From Verrucomicrobiota bacterium (GTDB taxonomy: Bacteria; Verrucomicrobiota; Verrucomicrobiia; Limisphaerales; AAA164-E04), in contig CP170459.1 of NCBI GenBank assembly GCA_047947115.1, positions 4,960,001 through 5,024,000 of the forward strand: a stretch of DNA of 64,000 bases, written 5' to 3'. Position 1 is the stretch's first letter. Every line of letters begins with the position of its first letter. A program made the position numbers and the translations under genes. The notes under the pieces are model-generated. The model saw nothing but the letters and a program-made list of their open reading frames with translations. It did not search any database and was not told the origin of the DNA. This document shows positions 19,478 to 30,894 of the stretch, in pieces.

Positions 19478-22114
19478 ATGCTCAGGATTGTTTTCACAGG
19501 AATATTTTGCGCTGGGCTGATCCCTTTTTTAACAAAGGGTGAAGACGCCTCGTTGTATTTCGAACAAATCAAACCCGTCCTACAGGAGCGTTGCTACGCA
19601 TGTCATGGCGCATTGAAGCAAAAGGCCGACCTGCGCCTGGATACGGCGTCACTGATTCAAAAGGGCGGTGAGAGCGGAAAAGTAATCCTTGTTTCATCGC
19701 CTGATGAAAGCGAACTGATCAAACGGTTGACCACCAGAGAGGCATCCGACCGCATGCCTCCCGAAGGAAAACCTGTCGATGCACATACCATTCAGGCGAT
19801 TCGCAAATGGATCGCGGCAGGTGCGCCCACGCCCGAACATGAATTACCAGAACAAAATCCCCTGGACCACTGGGCTTTCAAACTTCCTACCCTTGCAAAA
19901 CCAGGCATTCAACACTCCGCAGATCATCCCATCGATGCCATGCTTTCGGAGGCTCTGGAAAGGATGAACCTCATCCCACAACATGAAGCGGAACCGACTT
20001 TATTGATGCGCCGCCTTTTTCTCGACCTGACAGGACTCCCTCCAAGTCCGGAACAAATTGAGCACTATATCCAAAACCCATCGGATACCGAATACGAAAA
20101 AATCGTCGATCAACTGCTTGCTTCACCACAGTATGGCGAGCGTTGGGGAAGACATTGGATGGATGTATGGCGCTACTCGGACTGGTTCGGTCTGGGCGCT
20201 CAACTGCGTTACAGCGCAAAACACATTTGGCATTGGCGCGATTGGATCATTGAATCATTGAACGAGGACAAGGGTTACAATCAGATGATCCGTGAAATGC
20301 TGGCGGCGGATGAACTATATCCAACGGATAATAACCGACTCAGGGCAACCGGGTTCCTTGTTCGCAATTATTTTCTGTTCAACCGCACCACCTGGTTGGA
20401 CAAAACAATCGAGCATACATCCAAGGCATTTCTGGGACTGACCATGCAGTGCGGGAAATGTCATGATCATAAATATGACCCGATCACAGCCCAGGATTAT
20501 TACCGATTCCGAGCCATCCTCGAGCCACATCAGATTCGCACCGATGCGCTCCCCGGAAAATCCGATCTGGAAAAGAATGGGCTACCAAGAGCATTTGACA
20601 TGCACCCGGATGAACTCACTTATGTGCATGTGCGAGGCGACGAGAAGAATCCGGACAAAAGCAATACTATGGTACCGTCGCCTCCGGCATTCCTGAGGGA
20701 TATTCCTTTCAACATCACTCCCGTTTTGCTTCCCCACGAAGCGTCCAGTCCCGCATTGAGGCCTTATGTATTGAACACGCTTCTCGAAGAAGCGAATGAC
20801 CAGATCCGTTCACTGTCAACCAATCCCCCGTCTGAAGTTTCCGAAGCTGGCAACCAGGCATCGCCGTCCTCAAAACCATCTCTTTTGGAACTCGAATTAA
20901 GATCAGCCAGAATGCAACCGGCCGCACTCGTCACAGCGCACCGCGCTATGCGCGCCAAGGTGTATCAACCGGATTCTCCAGATCTGGAAAGCCTGGAACT
21001 TCAAGCTGGTCAAGCAGCTTTCGAACATGAAAAGGCAAAGCTGGAAGTGGAGTTGGCAAGAGCTCGGCAAGCCCTTCAGGATGGAAAGGAAGAGAAAAAG
21101 GATGCTTTGCGCAAGGAGCTGGAAAAAGTGCAGGACCGGTTGGAGAAGCGCATCCGGTCGTTTCAAGAAAACCCCCGAAGTTTCACTCCCATCAGGGCCT
21201 CACTGAAAGCGCTCGAATCGCCCGCCGAAACCGGAGAAGATCGCGGCAAACCCTACCCGAGCCGAAGCACCGGACGTCGTACAGCGCTGGCAAATTGGAT
21301 AGTTCATCCCAACAACCCCCTGACCGCACGTGTTGCCATCAACCATATTTGGATGAGGCATTTTGGTGCTCCGTTGGTAGATCCCGTCACTGATTTCGGA
21401 CGCAGAACACCAGCCCCCAAACTTCAGTCCATACTGGACGATCTGGCAGTGAGATTCATGAACAACAATTGGCGCATGAAGCCCATCCACAGACTGATTG
21501 TCACCAGCAAGGCATACCGCAGATCAAGCTCCGACCTGAATGCTGCGCCGGCCAACTTGACATCCGACTCCGACAACCAATACTTATGGCGACAGAATCC
21601 CAAGCGAATGGAATCTCAAGTCGTAAGGGATAGTCTGCTTTCTTTGGCCAATCGATTGGATTCACAAATGGGTGGCCCCGATATTGATCCAAGCTCCGGC
21701 GCGATTCAGCATCGTCGAAGTTTGTACTTCACCCATTCACGCGACGATCAACACAGATTTCTGAACCTGTTCGATGATGCGTCAATCCTGGCTTGTTACC
21801 GCCGCCCGGAAAGCATCATCCCCCAGCAAGCGCTGGCACTTTCCAACAGCCTGCTATCTACCGAAGCGGCAGAAGCCATTGCTGAAACATTGGAGAAAGA
21901 TCTTGGCGAGGAAGCAACCAACTCCTCGGCCTTCATCAATGCGGCCTTCATACGATTGGTGGGTTGGCGGCCTTCCGAAGAGGAGTTGGAGATTTGTCTG
22001 TCCGCGTTGAATCAATGGCAGGCCGAACCTGCGGATTCCAGGAAAAATCCCAGCCCAAAGGCGAGTCTTGTTCATGCACTCTTGAATCACAACGATTTTA
22101 TCACCATCCGTTAA
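19478..22114 (+). CDS. Planctomycete cytochrome c / DUF1549 (PSCyt2) / DUF1553 (PSD1) protein
   Basis: CYACH and CGKCH haem motifs, [31 protein letters not shown]. Confidence 0.92.
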   Translation: MLRIVFTGIFCAGLIPFLTKGEDASLYFEQIKPVLQERCYACHGALKQKADLRLDTASLIQKGGESGKVILVSSPDESELIKRLTTREASDRMPPEGKPVDAHTIQAIRKWIAAGAPTPEHELPEQNPLDHWAFKLPTLAKPGIQHSADHPIDAMLSEALERMNLIPQHEAEPTLLMRRLFLDLTGLPPSPEQIEHYIQNPSDTEYEKIVDQLLASPQYGERWGRHWMDVWRYSDWFGLGAQLRYSAKHIWHWRDWIIESLNEDKGYNQMIREMLAADELYPTDNNRLRATGFLVRNYFLFNRTTWLDKTIEHTSKAFLGLTMQCGKCHDHKYDPITAQDYYRFRAILEPHQIRTDALPGKSDLEKNGLPRAFDMHPDELTYVHVRGDEKNPDKSNTMVPSPPAFLRDIPFNITPVLLPHEASSPALRPYVLNTLLEEANDQIRSLSTNPPSEVSEAGNQASPSSKPSLLELELRSARMQPAALVTAHRAMRAKVYQPDSPDLESLELQAGQAAFEHEKAKLEVELARARQALQDGKEEKKDALRKELEKVQDRLEKRIRSFQENPRSFTPIRASLKALESPAETGEDRGKPYPSRSTGRRTALANWIVHPNNPLTARVAINHIWMRHFGAPLVDPVTDFGRRTPAPKLQSILDDLAVRFMNNNWRMKPIHRLIVTSKAYRRSSSDLNAAPANLTSDSDNQYLWRQNPKRMESQVVRDSLLSLANRLDSQMGGPDIDPSSGAIQHRRSLYFTHSRDDQHRFLNLFDDASILACYRRPESIIPQQALALSNSLLSTEAAEAIAETLEKDLGEEATNSSAFINAAFIRLVGWRPSEEELEICLSALNQWQAEPADSRKNPSPKASLVHALLNHNDFITIR

Positions 22115-22118
22115 AGGC

Positions 22119-23579
22119 ATGAAAACCCAGCTCAACCGTTCATTGGATCCACATGACATCGTGATCAATCGTCGCTCTTTTCTTTCCCGCTCTGCACTTG
22201 GGTTCGGAAGCATCGCTCTTCAGTCTTTGTTGACCCGCGAGGTTCAGGCGGTTCCAGGACCGGGTTTTGGCATGCCGCATCATCCAGCCAAGGCGAAAAA
22301 CGTGATCTGGTTGTTCATGCGAGGTGGAGTCAGTCACATGGAGAGTTTCGATCCCAAACCCGAGCTCAACCAGTACGCTGGCAAAAGCATAGCGGAAACA
22401 CCTTACCAGGGGGTTCAGAATCCTGAACTGCTCAAGAAAGTCCGGGTGGTAGTGATCAACGATGCCAATGGCCAACAGCGCAACAAAATCTATCCCTTAC
22501 AGACCGAGTTCAAGCGATACGGACAATCGGGAATGGAAGTGAGCAATTGGTTTCCTCATATCGGATCCTGCGCCGACGACATTGCGGTCATTCGTTCCAT
22601 GTGGACAACTGATGACAATCATGGTGCCCAAGTGCAGTTTCATTCAGGGCGACACATGCTGGACGGCAGGTTTCCTACCATCGGCGCCTGGGTCACTTAT
22701 GGGTTGGGATCGCTCAATGAAAACCTTCCGCAGTTTGTCACAATGGGCCCTCGTTTCTTTGACACGCGGGATGGACATTATTTGGGCCCGGCTTATGATG
22801 CTGTACCTCTCAAAATCGATCCCAAAAACCCTTTGGATTACGCCAAACCCGAACGCTCCATCGGACCTCATCGACAAAGGCAGGAGTTCGAACTGGTCAA
22901 ACGACTCAGTAGGATGCGCTCCAAACATTTCCCAAACGACGACAAACTGGAAGCCCGCATTCAGTCTTACGAACTCGCATTCCGCATGCAGACCTCGGTC
23001 CCTGACCTCTTGAATTTCGACCAGGAACCTTCCCACATACACGAAATGTATGGCATGGATCAGGATGTCACCCGACCATTCGGGCAGCAACTTCTGTCGG
23101 CCAGACGTATGGTTGAAAAAGGGGTGCGTTTTGTTCAGATCATGCACGGAGACGGCGCCGCAGGAGCCTGGGACGCACATAGCGGACTCAAAAAGAATCA
23201 CGAACAACTGTCGGCACAGGTGGACAAACCGATTGCCGGGCTCCTGAAAGATTTGAAACAAAGGGGTCTGTTGGATGACACCATCGTTGTTTTTGCCACG
23301 GAGTTCGGACGCACACCCGGTTCACAAAGCAGTGATGGCCGAGATCACCATCCCTATGGATTTTCGGTCTGGATGGCTGGCGGTGGTTTGAAAGGAGGCA
23401 TCGTTCATGGGGCGACCGATGAAATAGGGTTCCATGCGGTGGAACATCCGCACTACGTCACGGATGTGCATGCCACGATTCTGAATCAACTGGGATTGAA
23501 TCCACATCGCATGGAAATTCCTGAACACAAACGATTGGAACAGGATTTCGGCCATATCATCCATGACATCATTGCCTGA
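22119..23579 (+). CDS. DUF1501 family Tat-exported protein
   Basis: NRRSFL Tat motif, GG.SH.ESFDPKP, WDAH, EFGRTP, GRDHH. Confidence 0.93.
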   Translation: MKTQLNRSLDPHDIVINRRSFLSRSALGFGSIALQSLLTREVQAVPGPGFGMPHHPAKAKNVIWLFMRGGVSHMESFDPKPELNQYAGKSIAETPYQGVQNPELLKKVRVVVINDANGQQRNKIYPLQTEFKRYGQSGMEVSNWFPHIGSCADDIAVIRSMWTTDDNHGAQVQFHSGRHMLDGRFPTIGAWVTYGLGSLNENLPQFVTMGPRFFDTRDGHYLGPAYDAVPLKIDPKNPLDYAKPERSIGPHRQRQEFELVKRLSRMRSKHFPNDDKLEARIQSYELAFRMQTSVPDLLNFDQEPSHIHEMYGMDQDVTRPFGQQLLSARRMVEKGVRFVQIMHGDGAAGAWDAHSGLKKNHEQLSAQVDKPIAGLLKDLKQRGLLDDTIVVFATEFGRTPGSQSSDGRDHHPYGFSVWMAGGGLKGGIVHGATDEIGFHAVEHPHYVTDVHATILNQLGLNPHRMEIPEHKRLEQDFGHIIHDIIA

Positions 23580-23596
23580 ACCCGGGCATCCTTCTT

Positions 23597-25063
23597 ATGA
23601 GAAGCAGCATCCAACTTCTACCTGGTTGTGCATCCGTCGAGGCGCTGTTGATGAATCTGGCTGACACGCCGGACGTGGTCCTGCTGCATTCCGCCATGCG
23701 TGGTCGCTCGGACTCACGTTATTCCTTTTTTGCTGCGAACCCCATGATGACCATCAAAGCCTACGGCACCGATTGTCGTTTACACTACCCTTCCTCCGGC
23801 CGAGGCCACACACTTTACGGAAATCCCTGGGCCATCACCGAACACTTCATGCAGCCATTCGAAGTGCTGGAAGAACTGGATTCCCCCTTCCCCTTGGGGG
23901 GATGCTTCGGTTATTGGGGCTATGACCTGAAGCAGTTTGTGGAACCGAAGCTGGAACGAAGGGCCATACGCAAAAGTGGTCTGCCAGATGCCTACCTGGG
24001 ACTCTATGCAAGCTTGCTGATCATTGATCATCATGACAAAAACACCTGGATTGTTTCAACCGGTTTCCGCCCTGATGGATCCAGATCTCAGACAGAAGCC
24101 ACCAGGCAGACTGATCAATGGAAGCAAATTCTGGATCAATCCCCGGACGTCACACCAAGTCAAATACCTCATGCTTCAACCAAGACCCAACTGACCTGGA
24201 GCAGCAATCCCAATCGGGATACTTACATTCAATCCGTCATCAAAGCTCAGGAGTGGATCGGTCAGGGAGACATCTATCAGGTCAACCTGGCGCGGGAACT
24301 TTGCGCGACGATGCATTGGGACGCTGTTACCTGTTACCGCCAATTACAAGCCATGTCCCCTGCCCCCTTCTCAGGTTTTATCAACGAAGGCAGCTTTCAA
24401 ATTCTGGGAGCTTCACCCGAATCGTTTCTGCGAATGGATGGACGCCACATCCAAACCTGTCCCATCAAGGGAACGCGTCCGCGAGGCACGGATGCTCAAA
24501 CAGATGCGCAACTGGCCTATGAGCTTCAATCCAGTGAAAAGGAACGAGCAGAGCTGTTGATGATCACTGACCTGCTTCGGAACGACCTCGGACGTGTCAG
24601 TGAATTTGGAAGTGTCACAACACCGGACTTGATGCGACTGGAGCGGTATCCACAAGTCCATCATCTGGTCTCAACGGTAGAAGGCACCTTGAAAAAGGAA
24701 ATATCACATTTGAAGGCTCTCTACCATTGTTTCCCGGGAGGGAGCATTACGGGAGCTCCCAAATTTCGGGCCATGGAGATCATCGAAGCACTGGAGCCGG
24801 AAACGAGGGGACCCTACACGGGTTCCATGGGTTATCTGGGGTTCAATCAAACCAGTCAACTCAATATCATCATACGCACTGCGATCAAACACCGTGAAAA
24901 CATTTCATTGCATGTGGGTGCCGGTATTGTAGCAGACTCGGATCCGGAAGCTGAATTTCAGGAAACAGAGGACAAAGCGGCAGGTTTTTTTGCTTCCTTT
25001 GCCTCGCTTGCTGAACAGCAGCCTGTAACAAAAGAGTATCAAGGAAACTCTCATTCAAATTGA
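23597..25063 (+). CDS. pabB: Aminodeoxychorismate synthase component I
   Basis: Chorismate-binding domain GDIYQVNL, SPESF, PabB-type PIKGT (not TrpE PIAGT), DLLRNDL, PGGSITGAPK. Confidence 0.87.
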   Translation: MRSSIQLLPGCASVEALLMNLADTPDVVLLHSAMRGRSDSRYSFFAANPMMTIKAYGTDCRLHYPSSGRGHTLYGNPWAITEHFMQPFEVLEELDSPFPLGGCFGYWGYDLKQFVEPKLERRAIRKSGLPDAYLGLYASLLIIDHHDKNTWIVSTGFRPDGSRSQTEATRQTDQWKQILDQSPDVTPSQIPHASTKTQLTWSSNPNRDTYIQSVIKAQEWIGQGDIYQVNLARELCATMHWDAVTCYRQLQAMSPAPFSGFINEGSFQILGASPESFLRMDGRHIQTCPIKGTRPRGTDAQTDAQLAYELQSSEKERAELLMITDLLRNDLGRVSEFGSVTTPDLMRLERYPQVHHLVSTVEGTLKKEISHLKALYHCFPGGSITGAPKFRAMEIIEALEPETRGPYTGSMGYLGFNQTSQLNIIIRTAIKHRENISLHVGAGIVADSDPEAEFQETEDKAAGFFASFASLAEQQPVTKEYQGNSHSN

Positions 25064-25229
25064 ATCACATTTGAACAAGTGCATTCAGTCCGTCAAAGAC
25101 AGACCTGATGAAAAAAGGAGTTGGTCAAGGTTCTCTTCTCTACAGACAGGATTTGGATTGGGCGCAGGCAGACGATCAATGGCATTCAGATCCATCATGA
25201 CACAGAAATCAAAAACCTTCAGCCAGGGC

Positions 25230-26399
25230 TCATTCTTCCAGCTTCCACCTCGCCTGTCTCAGAACCGCTTTTGAAGAGCCTCTCGGCAATTCATACCAGA
25301 TCGAAACCAACGTTCCATCCGAAAGCTGAACCGTACTCGGATACCCCAGATCACCCGACGCACCGTCGTCCGACACAGTTAAAGGATCCGACCAATGACG
25401 TCCATCGGTGCTCAATCGCACTTGATTGCCATAAGGAGGTTTTCGGTAGCCATAAGTCATCAAAACCCGACCATCGCGTAAACGCAACAAGTGGGAAGGC
25501 AACCCCCAGACCCCGATCGACACCGGCTTCGTCCAAGTACGGCCGCCGTCGGTCGATTCACATTGCAGGGTTTCCCTCGAATTCCGGGTATTATGATTCC
25601 TGATCTGAACAATGATTCGCTTGTCGATCCATTCGACCGCATGAAGTTCATGATACTCTGAGGGATCATCTCCATCGCGTGCTGGAATTTCTGCCAGCCA
25701 TGTCCAAGTCCTTCCATCATCGCGCGATTCACTCACCCCGATGCGGCGTTGACCGGTCCACAGTTCTTTTCCGGCATAGATCAATCGACCGTCCGCCAGT
25801 TGAATGGGGCCGTGTGGGCTATTGACAATGGTGGGATATTTACCCGACCAGGTTTTGCCTCCGTCCTCAGACCGTATCATCCATTGCCCGAGTTCCGCCA
25901 TACGCTCATCATCGGTCAAACGATGATGAGCAGCCTGCCATCGTTTCAACTTGTCCGTATGCCATCCACCCTTCTCCAAAGCTTTCTTCAAAATCGGTTC
26001 ATAGGCCAAGGAAGTAAAAGTGGTCGCCAGCAGGGTTCCTGCCTGAGTTTGCAAAATCCCCGAATCCCGGTCATCCAGCCCACTATCCAGAATCACTCTA
26101 GGCCAGCACCAGGAATCCCCGCCGTCCCGGGATTTCATGAATACTACTTGGCCAAACGGGCATACATGTCCTTCCCTTCCCCCGGACCATGAGGCGACCA
26201 GGTCACCGTTTTGCGACAGAGCCAAGGTCGGCCAGCCGTGGTAAAACTCGGACTGATGGCTGATGGTTTTCAGATCGATCCTCTTAATGGATGGGGTGGC
26301 AGCGCGTGTTCGCACATGCGGGAAACCAGCCAAAGCCACCCCCACCAGAGTGCTTTGCCCCAAAAATTGACGGCGCGTGAAAGTTCGGGAAATATGCAT
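25230..26399 (-). CDS. Tat-exported sialidase-like BNR/Asp-box beta-propeller
   Basis: TRRQFL Tat motif; multiple S.DGG.TW Asp boxes; GDLGYP. Confidence 0.88.
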   Translation of the reverse strand: MHISRTFTRRQFLGQSTLVGVALAGFPHVRTRAATPSIKRIDLKTISHQSEFYHGWPTLALSQNGDLVASWSGGREGHVCPFGQVVFMKSRDGGDSWCWPRVILDSGLDDRDSGILQTQAGTLLATTFTSLAYEPILKKALEKGGWHTDKLKRWQAAHHRLTDDERMAELGQWMIRSEDGGKTWSGKYPTIVNSPHGPIQLADGRLIYAGKELWTGQRRIGVSESRDDGRTWTWLAEIPARDGDDPSEYHELHAVEWIDKRIIVQIRNHNTRNSRETLQCESTDGGRTWTKPVSIGVWGLPSHLLRLRDGRVLMTYGYRKPPYGNQVRLSTDGRHWSDPLTVSDDGASGDLGYPSTVQLSDGTLVSIWYELPRGSSKAVLRQARWKLEE

Positions 26400-26405
26400 G
26401 ACAAC

Positions 26406-26433
26406 ATCATGGTGACTCTGAGCGCTCAGTCAA
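26406..26433 (-). promoter_or_regulatory. Probable leaderless promoter
   Basis: Minus strand TTGACT-N16-CATGAT-N6-ATG (26399). Confidence 0.45.
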
Positions 26434-26537
26434 TGGCGAAAAGACTTCCCGATCCGATCCGACAGAAAGCGTGCGTCTGCAAAGAAATCCTTTCCCCGAT
26501 CTCCTCAAACAAGTAGGCTTCGTTCCGTATTTGACAC

Positions 26538-27422
26538 ATGAAGGCCATTAGAATCGTAGCATATGTCATCCTGTCCGTTCTGGTATTTTACTTCGGATCG
26601 GCGTTTTTGAAGGAATACAATAGTATCACCGAGCGGAGCGCCGCCCGGGGAAACTACGATATTGATGACATCGAAACACCCATCTATGACGTGGATCGAG
26701 GCACCGATTCCTCATCTTCGGAAATCGAAACACCTGCTGAAGAAAAACCGGCCCCTGATCCAGCATTGAATGGCAGTGATCTACTGGAGCACGGGGATGT
26801 TTCGGCGGCAAATGCCAGTTCAGACGATTCCAACCCGGCCGAAACCAACACAGTTGACACCGCAACACAAACTGCGGCCAACGAAACCGCGTCAACTCCC
26901 GACAATTCAAATCGCATTGGCTTTTTTACGGGAGGATTTGTGCTGTCTCTTTTGGCTCTTGGTTTGCTGGCCGGATATGATCTCACACGTTACTCAGCCA
27001 ACCGCACACTGGATTCCATTTATAATGATGACGGAGTGGGAACGGATGGACATGATCTCTACGAAGCAGCAGAGCAAGAATGGGCGCGCGGAGACTTTCT
27101 CGAAGCGATCCGCATTTTGCGTGAATACCTGGAAGTAAATCCCAAGCAACAGCATGCCGCCATCCGCATCGCTGAAATCTACGAGAAAGACCTGAAGAGC
27201 CCACTTGCGGCGGCCTTGGAATACGAGGAAATCCTGCAGCAAAAACTGGCCCCGGAACGCTGGGGCTGGGCGGCTATCCATCTTGCCAACCTCTACTCAG
27301 GCCCAATGGGCAAACCGGAAAAAGCCATCGATCTACTCAGGCAGTTGGTCGAAAAATATCCCGATACACCGGCAGGTGAAAAAGCGAGTCAGCGCCTGGC
27401 TATGATTGATGGGGCTGAGTGA
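26538..27422 (+). CDS. Two-TM protein with acidic low-complexity loop and C-terminal TPR-like domain
   Basis: N-terminal TM, D/E/S/T-rich linker, second TM, TPR-like helices ending ...LVEKYPDTPAG. Confidence 0.78.
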   Translation: MKAIRIVAYVILSVLVFYFGSAFLKEYNSITERSAARGNYDIDDIETPIYDVDRGTDSSSSEIETPAEEKPAPDPALNGSDLLEHGDVSAANASSDDSNPAETNTVDTATQTAANETASTPDNSNRIGFFTGGFVLSLLALGLLAGYDLTRYSANRTLDSIYNDDGVGTDGHDLYEAAEQEWARGDFLEAIRILREYLEVNPKQQHAAIRIAEIYEKDLKSPLAAALEYEEILQQKLAPERWGWAAIHLANLYSGPMGKPEKAIDLLRQLVEKYPDTPAGEKASQRLAMIDGAE

Positions 27423-27583
27423 GTCAACCATAGTTTCCTCGGTCAACTAAATCTTTGGTCCGCCTTGCGCGTTTGACCAGACAATCCAATCGGTATTCCG
27501 TTTCAATGTCCAGTTGCCTGGCGAGCGTGATGTAAAATTGCCATGGTTTAGAATGAATGGCAAAACGCCACCAATACTCCTGC

Positions 27584-29350
27584 TCAAACAACCAGTTCAG
27601 GCTCTTTCCACTTACCGTGATCACGGATCAAATCCACCAAACGATCTACGGCCTCTGCTTCAGGAATATTGAATTTGACAGGTTGCTTGCCAACGTAAAG
27701 GTTGATCTTCCCCGGTGCCCCTCCCACGTATCCGAAATCGGCATCCGCCATTTCCCCAGGCCCGTTCACAATACACCCCATGATGGCGATCTTGACTCCG
27801 GTCAAGTGCCCGGTCCGTTCCTTGATGCGGGCGGTCACCGATTGCAAATTGAACAAAGTCCGCCCACAGGAAGGACAGGCAACGTAATCGGTCTTGAATG
27901 AACGACAACCAGCCGCCTGTAAAATTGTGTAAGCCAACTCAACTGCCTTCTTGGAAGCAGTTTCGTTGCGAACCAGAATCGCGTCCCCGATACCATCGGC
28001 CAGCAATGACCCCAGGCTCACCGAGGAACGAAGCAGCGCAATGTCGGAAGATAGCGTTACCGACGGATCCAGTGTATCCTTAAGCAATATCGGATACTCA
28101 CATCCCTCGGCTTTCAAACGCGAAGCAAGCAATCGAAAAGCGGTGATCACCGGCAGTGCCACTCCATCTTTAACTGTAATCAATGCTGGCTCACCAGGGC
28201 TTTCGAATGTTGAGGTCGGATCGATTTCGTGAACGGTCAGTGTGTCATAGTTGGCTTCAGCCTGGATAACTTCCGGTTTATCGGGGCGAGGAGGCATCGC
28301 CTCATACTGATCAGTCGTCCCGAGCACACGAATCGTTTGATCGCCTCCACATGAAATGTCTCCGGATAATTTCAGCTCACCACTTTTTCTCCGTGAAAAC
28401 TCAAAGGGATCAAAGGATAGTGGAGCTTCGTCAAATTCCTTCGCCGACTGGGTTAAAAGAGGGATTTGGTCGAGTAAATCACGGCAGACGGGAATCTCAT
28501 TCGGAGCATCCTCGGTCAAGGAAACCCGGATTGTATCCCCCAACCCGTCGCAGAGCAAAGCACCGATGCCGATAGCGCTCTTGACACGACCATCCTCCCC
28601 ATCGCCTGCCTCGGTCACTCCAAGATGAATTGGATAATTCCAGTCCGCCCCCAACTCATTCAAACGAGCCACCAGCAGTCGGTAGCATTCGATCATGACT
28701 TTGGGATTGCTGGATTTCATGGAAAACTTGAAGTTGTGAAAATCCAATCTTCGAGCGATGCGGGCAAACTCCAGGGCGCTTTCCACCATCCCCAAAGGGG
28801 TGTCTCCGTATCGATTCATGATCCGGTCACTCAGGGAACCATGGTTGGTCCCGATCCGGAGCGCACGTTTCAGCTTTTTACATTGCTCAACGAGGGGAGC
28901 AAACTTCTCTTCGATACGAGTTAGTTCTTCTTGATACTCCTCGTCGGTGTATTCGCGGGTTTTGAATTTTTTTGAATCCGCATAATTCCCGGGGTTCACA
29001 CGGACAACTTCCACCCACTTGACCGCTTCCATTGCGGCTTCCGGCTTGAAATGAATATCGGCCACCAACGGAACATGGCAGCCTCTGGATCGCAACTCGC
29101 GCGCAATGTGTTCCAGGTTCGAGGCGTGACGAACCGTTTGCGCGGTAATGCGCACCAGCTGACAACCCACAGCCGCCAGATCAAGGGTCTGTTGAACGCA
29201 TGCCTCGGTGTCCAGCGTATCGCTGGTGATCATGCTTTGATAGACGATCGGATGTTCCGCTCCCAGCGAAACGGTCTGCTCGGGATTGGATATCACTATC
29301 TCGCGCGTAAGCCTGCGCGCATATCGGTAGCCGGACTCGTTGTAACGCAT
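27584..29350 (-). CDS. ispG: HMBPP synthase IspG/GcpE, long form
   Basis: QSM, PLVADIHF, RVNPGN, RIGTNHGSL, HLGVTEAG, GDTIRVSLT; [4Fe-4S] CPSCGR and MGCIVNGPGE. Confidence 0.97.
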   Translation of the reverse strand: MRYNESGYRYARRLTREIVISNPEQTVSLGAEHPIVYQSMITSDTLDTEACVQQTLDLAAVGCQLVRITAQTVRHASNLEHIARELRSRGCHVPLVADIHFKPEAAMEAVKWVEVVRVNPGNYADSKKFKTREYTDEEYQEELTRIEEKFAPLVEQCKKLKRALRIGTNHGSLSDRIMNRYGDTPLGMVESALEFARIARRLDFHNFKFSMKSSNPKVMIECYRLLVARLNELGADWNYPIHLGVTEAGDGEDGRVKSAIGIGALLCDGLGDTIRVSLTEDAPNEIPVCRDLLDQIPLLTQSAKEFDEAPLSFDPFEFSRRKSGELKLSGDISCGGDQTIRVLGTTDQYEAMPPRPDKPEVIQAEANYDTLTVHEIDPTSTFESPGEPALITVKDGVALPVITAFRLLASRLKAEGCEYPILLKDTLDPSVTLSSDIALLRSSVSLGSLLADGIGDAILVRNETASKKAVELAYTILQAAGCRSFKTDYVACPSCGRTLFNLQSVTARIKERTGHLTGVKIAIMGCIVNGPGEMADADFGYVGGAPGKINLYVGKQPVKFNIPEAEAVDRLVDLIRDHGKWKEPELVV

Positions 29351-29355
29351 GCGAA

Positions 29356-30795
29356 TTACTGATCGACAGTCACCGTGCTTTCCACGGGTTCAAATTTGAT
29401 TTTATAGGTCTTTTCCTTGGCACCGCTTCCCAGATCCTGAACATCAAAGAAGCTCACATAAAGCATGTAGCCAATGACCAGCAAGGCGAAACCTGTCTGA
29501 ACATAGTTCAAAATGAAGAAAGGAATGGGACGCCGAATGATCCCTTCGATGCAGGCCATCACAATATGCCCCCCATCCAGAACAGGGACCGGAAGCAGGT
29601 TCAACAAGGCAAGATTGACGTTCAGAATGACGCTGAACCACAGCGCCAATCTCCATCCGTAATCACTTTGGAACAACATGTAGTAAATCCGCATGATCCC
29701 AACCGGACCGCTCAGATGTTGAGCGCCGATATCGGATCCTTTGGTGAACAAAGCTTTAAACGTGTTGACCATCGCCATGACGCTGGCTTTGATCTGATCG
29801 TTTGGCCCAGGATGACTGATTGTCATGCTGCCGTTGAGATCCCATTTGATTCCCAACATGGGTCGTTGATCTTCCTCCGGAGGAGCTTCTCCTTCGTAGG
29901 ATGGTATCACTGCCTTGACCGCAAATTCCTTCAGTTCCCCTTTTCGTTCCACCTTGATGACCAGTTCAGAGTCAGGATTATCATCGATCACCTGACTCAA
30001 AGCACGAGGATGGAAAATTGGAACACCATTCACTTCCTTGATGATGTCATTGGATTGCATCCCGGCCAAAGCGGCGGGGCTGTTCTTTTCAACACCTGCA
30101 ACCAAAGGAGTTTGAAAGGGTGCTATCTGGATCTGGCGAAGATTACCACGCTTGTACCACTCTGCGTCCTGCTTCTCGGGCACAGCCTCAAAAGTCATGG
30201 CCTGTCCGTCGCGTTGAACCGTGACAGGAATGCTTTCGCCAGTACTACTAACGATCTGCCAGGTAACCGCATCACCGATGCCGGACCAACGGGTCACATC
30301 GGAACCATTGACATTCTGAATGACATCCCCAGCCAACAAGCCGGCTTTTTCAGCCGGAGAATCCGGGAAGACATATCCAATGGTTGTGGTCGTATCCGTC
30401 TCGCTGACCGGTTTACCAATTCCCCAGATCAGCACAGCAAACAAATATGCCAAGCCAAAACTGAACAGAGGACCGGCAAATGCCACGATGATCTTGTCCA
30501 CCACACCAATAGAGGGGAGATTTTTGTGTTCTGTTTCCCCCTTGCCTTCAATGGCTTCCATGGGAGCCATCTGAGGGAGGGCGACAAAACCACCTGCGGG
30601 TATGCTCCCAAGGCTGTATTTGACGCCTTTGAATTCACGCTCCCACAACGGCTTACCAAACCATATCCCAAACCGTTCAACGACCAGACCGCGCCACTTG
30701 GCAGCCAGAAAATGTCCTAGTTCGTGGACGATGATCAGGATGTTGAACAACACGATCACTTCCAACAAAATGAATAAAAAATTCAAAACTTCCAT
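29356..30795 (-). CDS. rseP: RIP metalloprotease RseP with two PDZ domains
   Basis: HELGH, AGP, two SPA..AG PDZ repeats, NLLP.P.LDGG. Start ATG 30795 (alternative 30825). Confidence 0.95.
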   Translation of the reverse strand: MEVLNFLFILLEVIVLFNILIIVHELGHFLAAKWRGLVVERFGIWFGKPLWEREFKGVKYSLGSIPAGGFVALPQMAPMEAIEGKGETEHKNLPSIGVVDKIIVAFAGPLFSFGLAYLFAVLIWGIGKPVSETDTTTTIGYVFPDSPAEKAGLLAGDVIQNVNGSDVTRWSGIGDAVTWQIVSSTGESIPVTVQRDGQAMTFEAVPEKQDAEWYKRGNLRQIQIAPFQTPLVAGVEKNSPAALAGMQSNDIIKEVNGVPIFHPRALSQVIDDNPDSELVIKVERKGELKEFAVKAVIPSYEGEAPPEEDQRPMLGIKWDLNGSMTISHPGPNDQIKASVMAMVNTFKALFTKGSDIGAQHLSGPVGIMRIYYMLFQSDYGWRLALWFSVILNVNLALLNLLPVPVLDGGHIVMACIEGIIRRPIPFFILNYVQTGFALLVIGYMLYVSFFDVQDLGSGAKEKTYKIKFEPVESTVTVDQ

Positions 30796-30894
30796 AGAGT
30801 TCTTAAAAGCATCAGACCATTTCAATCAGGTCCATGTTCACAAATGAGGATGAAACATAGCGGGTTGGTCGGGATAATCAATGGCTGATTTCCC

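Noticed and set aside
27424..27624. 66-aa minus-strand ORF after ispG
   Set aside because: Overlaps the ispG end, has no clear start signal and no motif; cannot be supported.
29566..30720. 384-aa plus-strand ORF
   Set aside because: Antisense to rseP, no motifs; typical codon-bias shadow.
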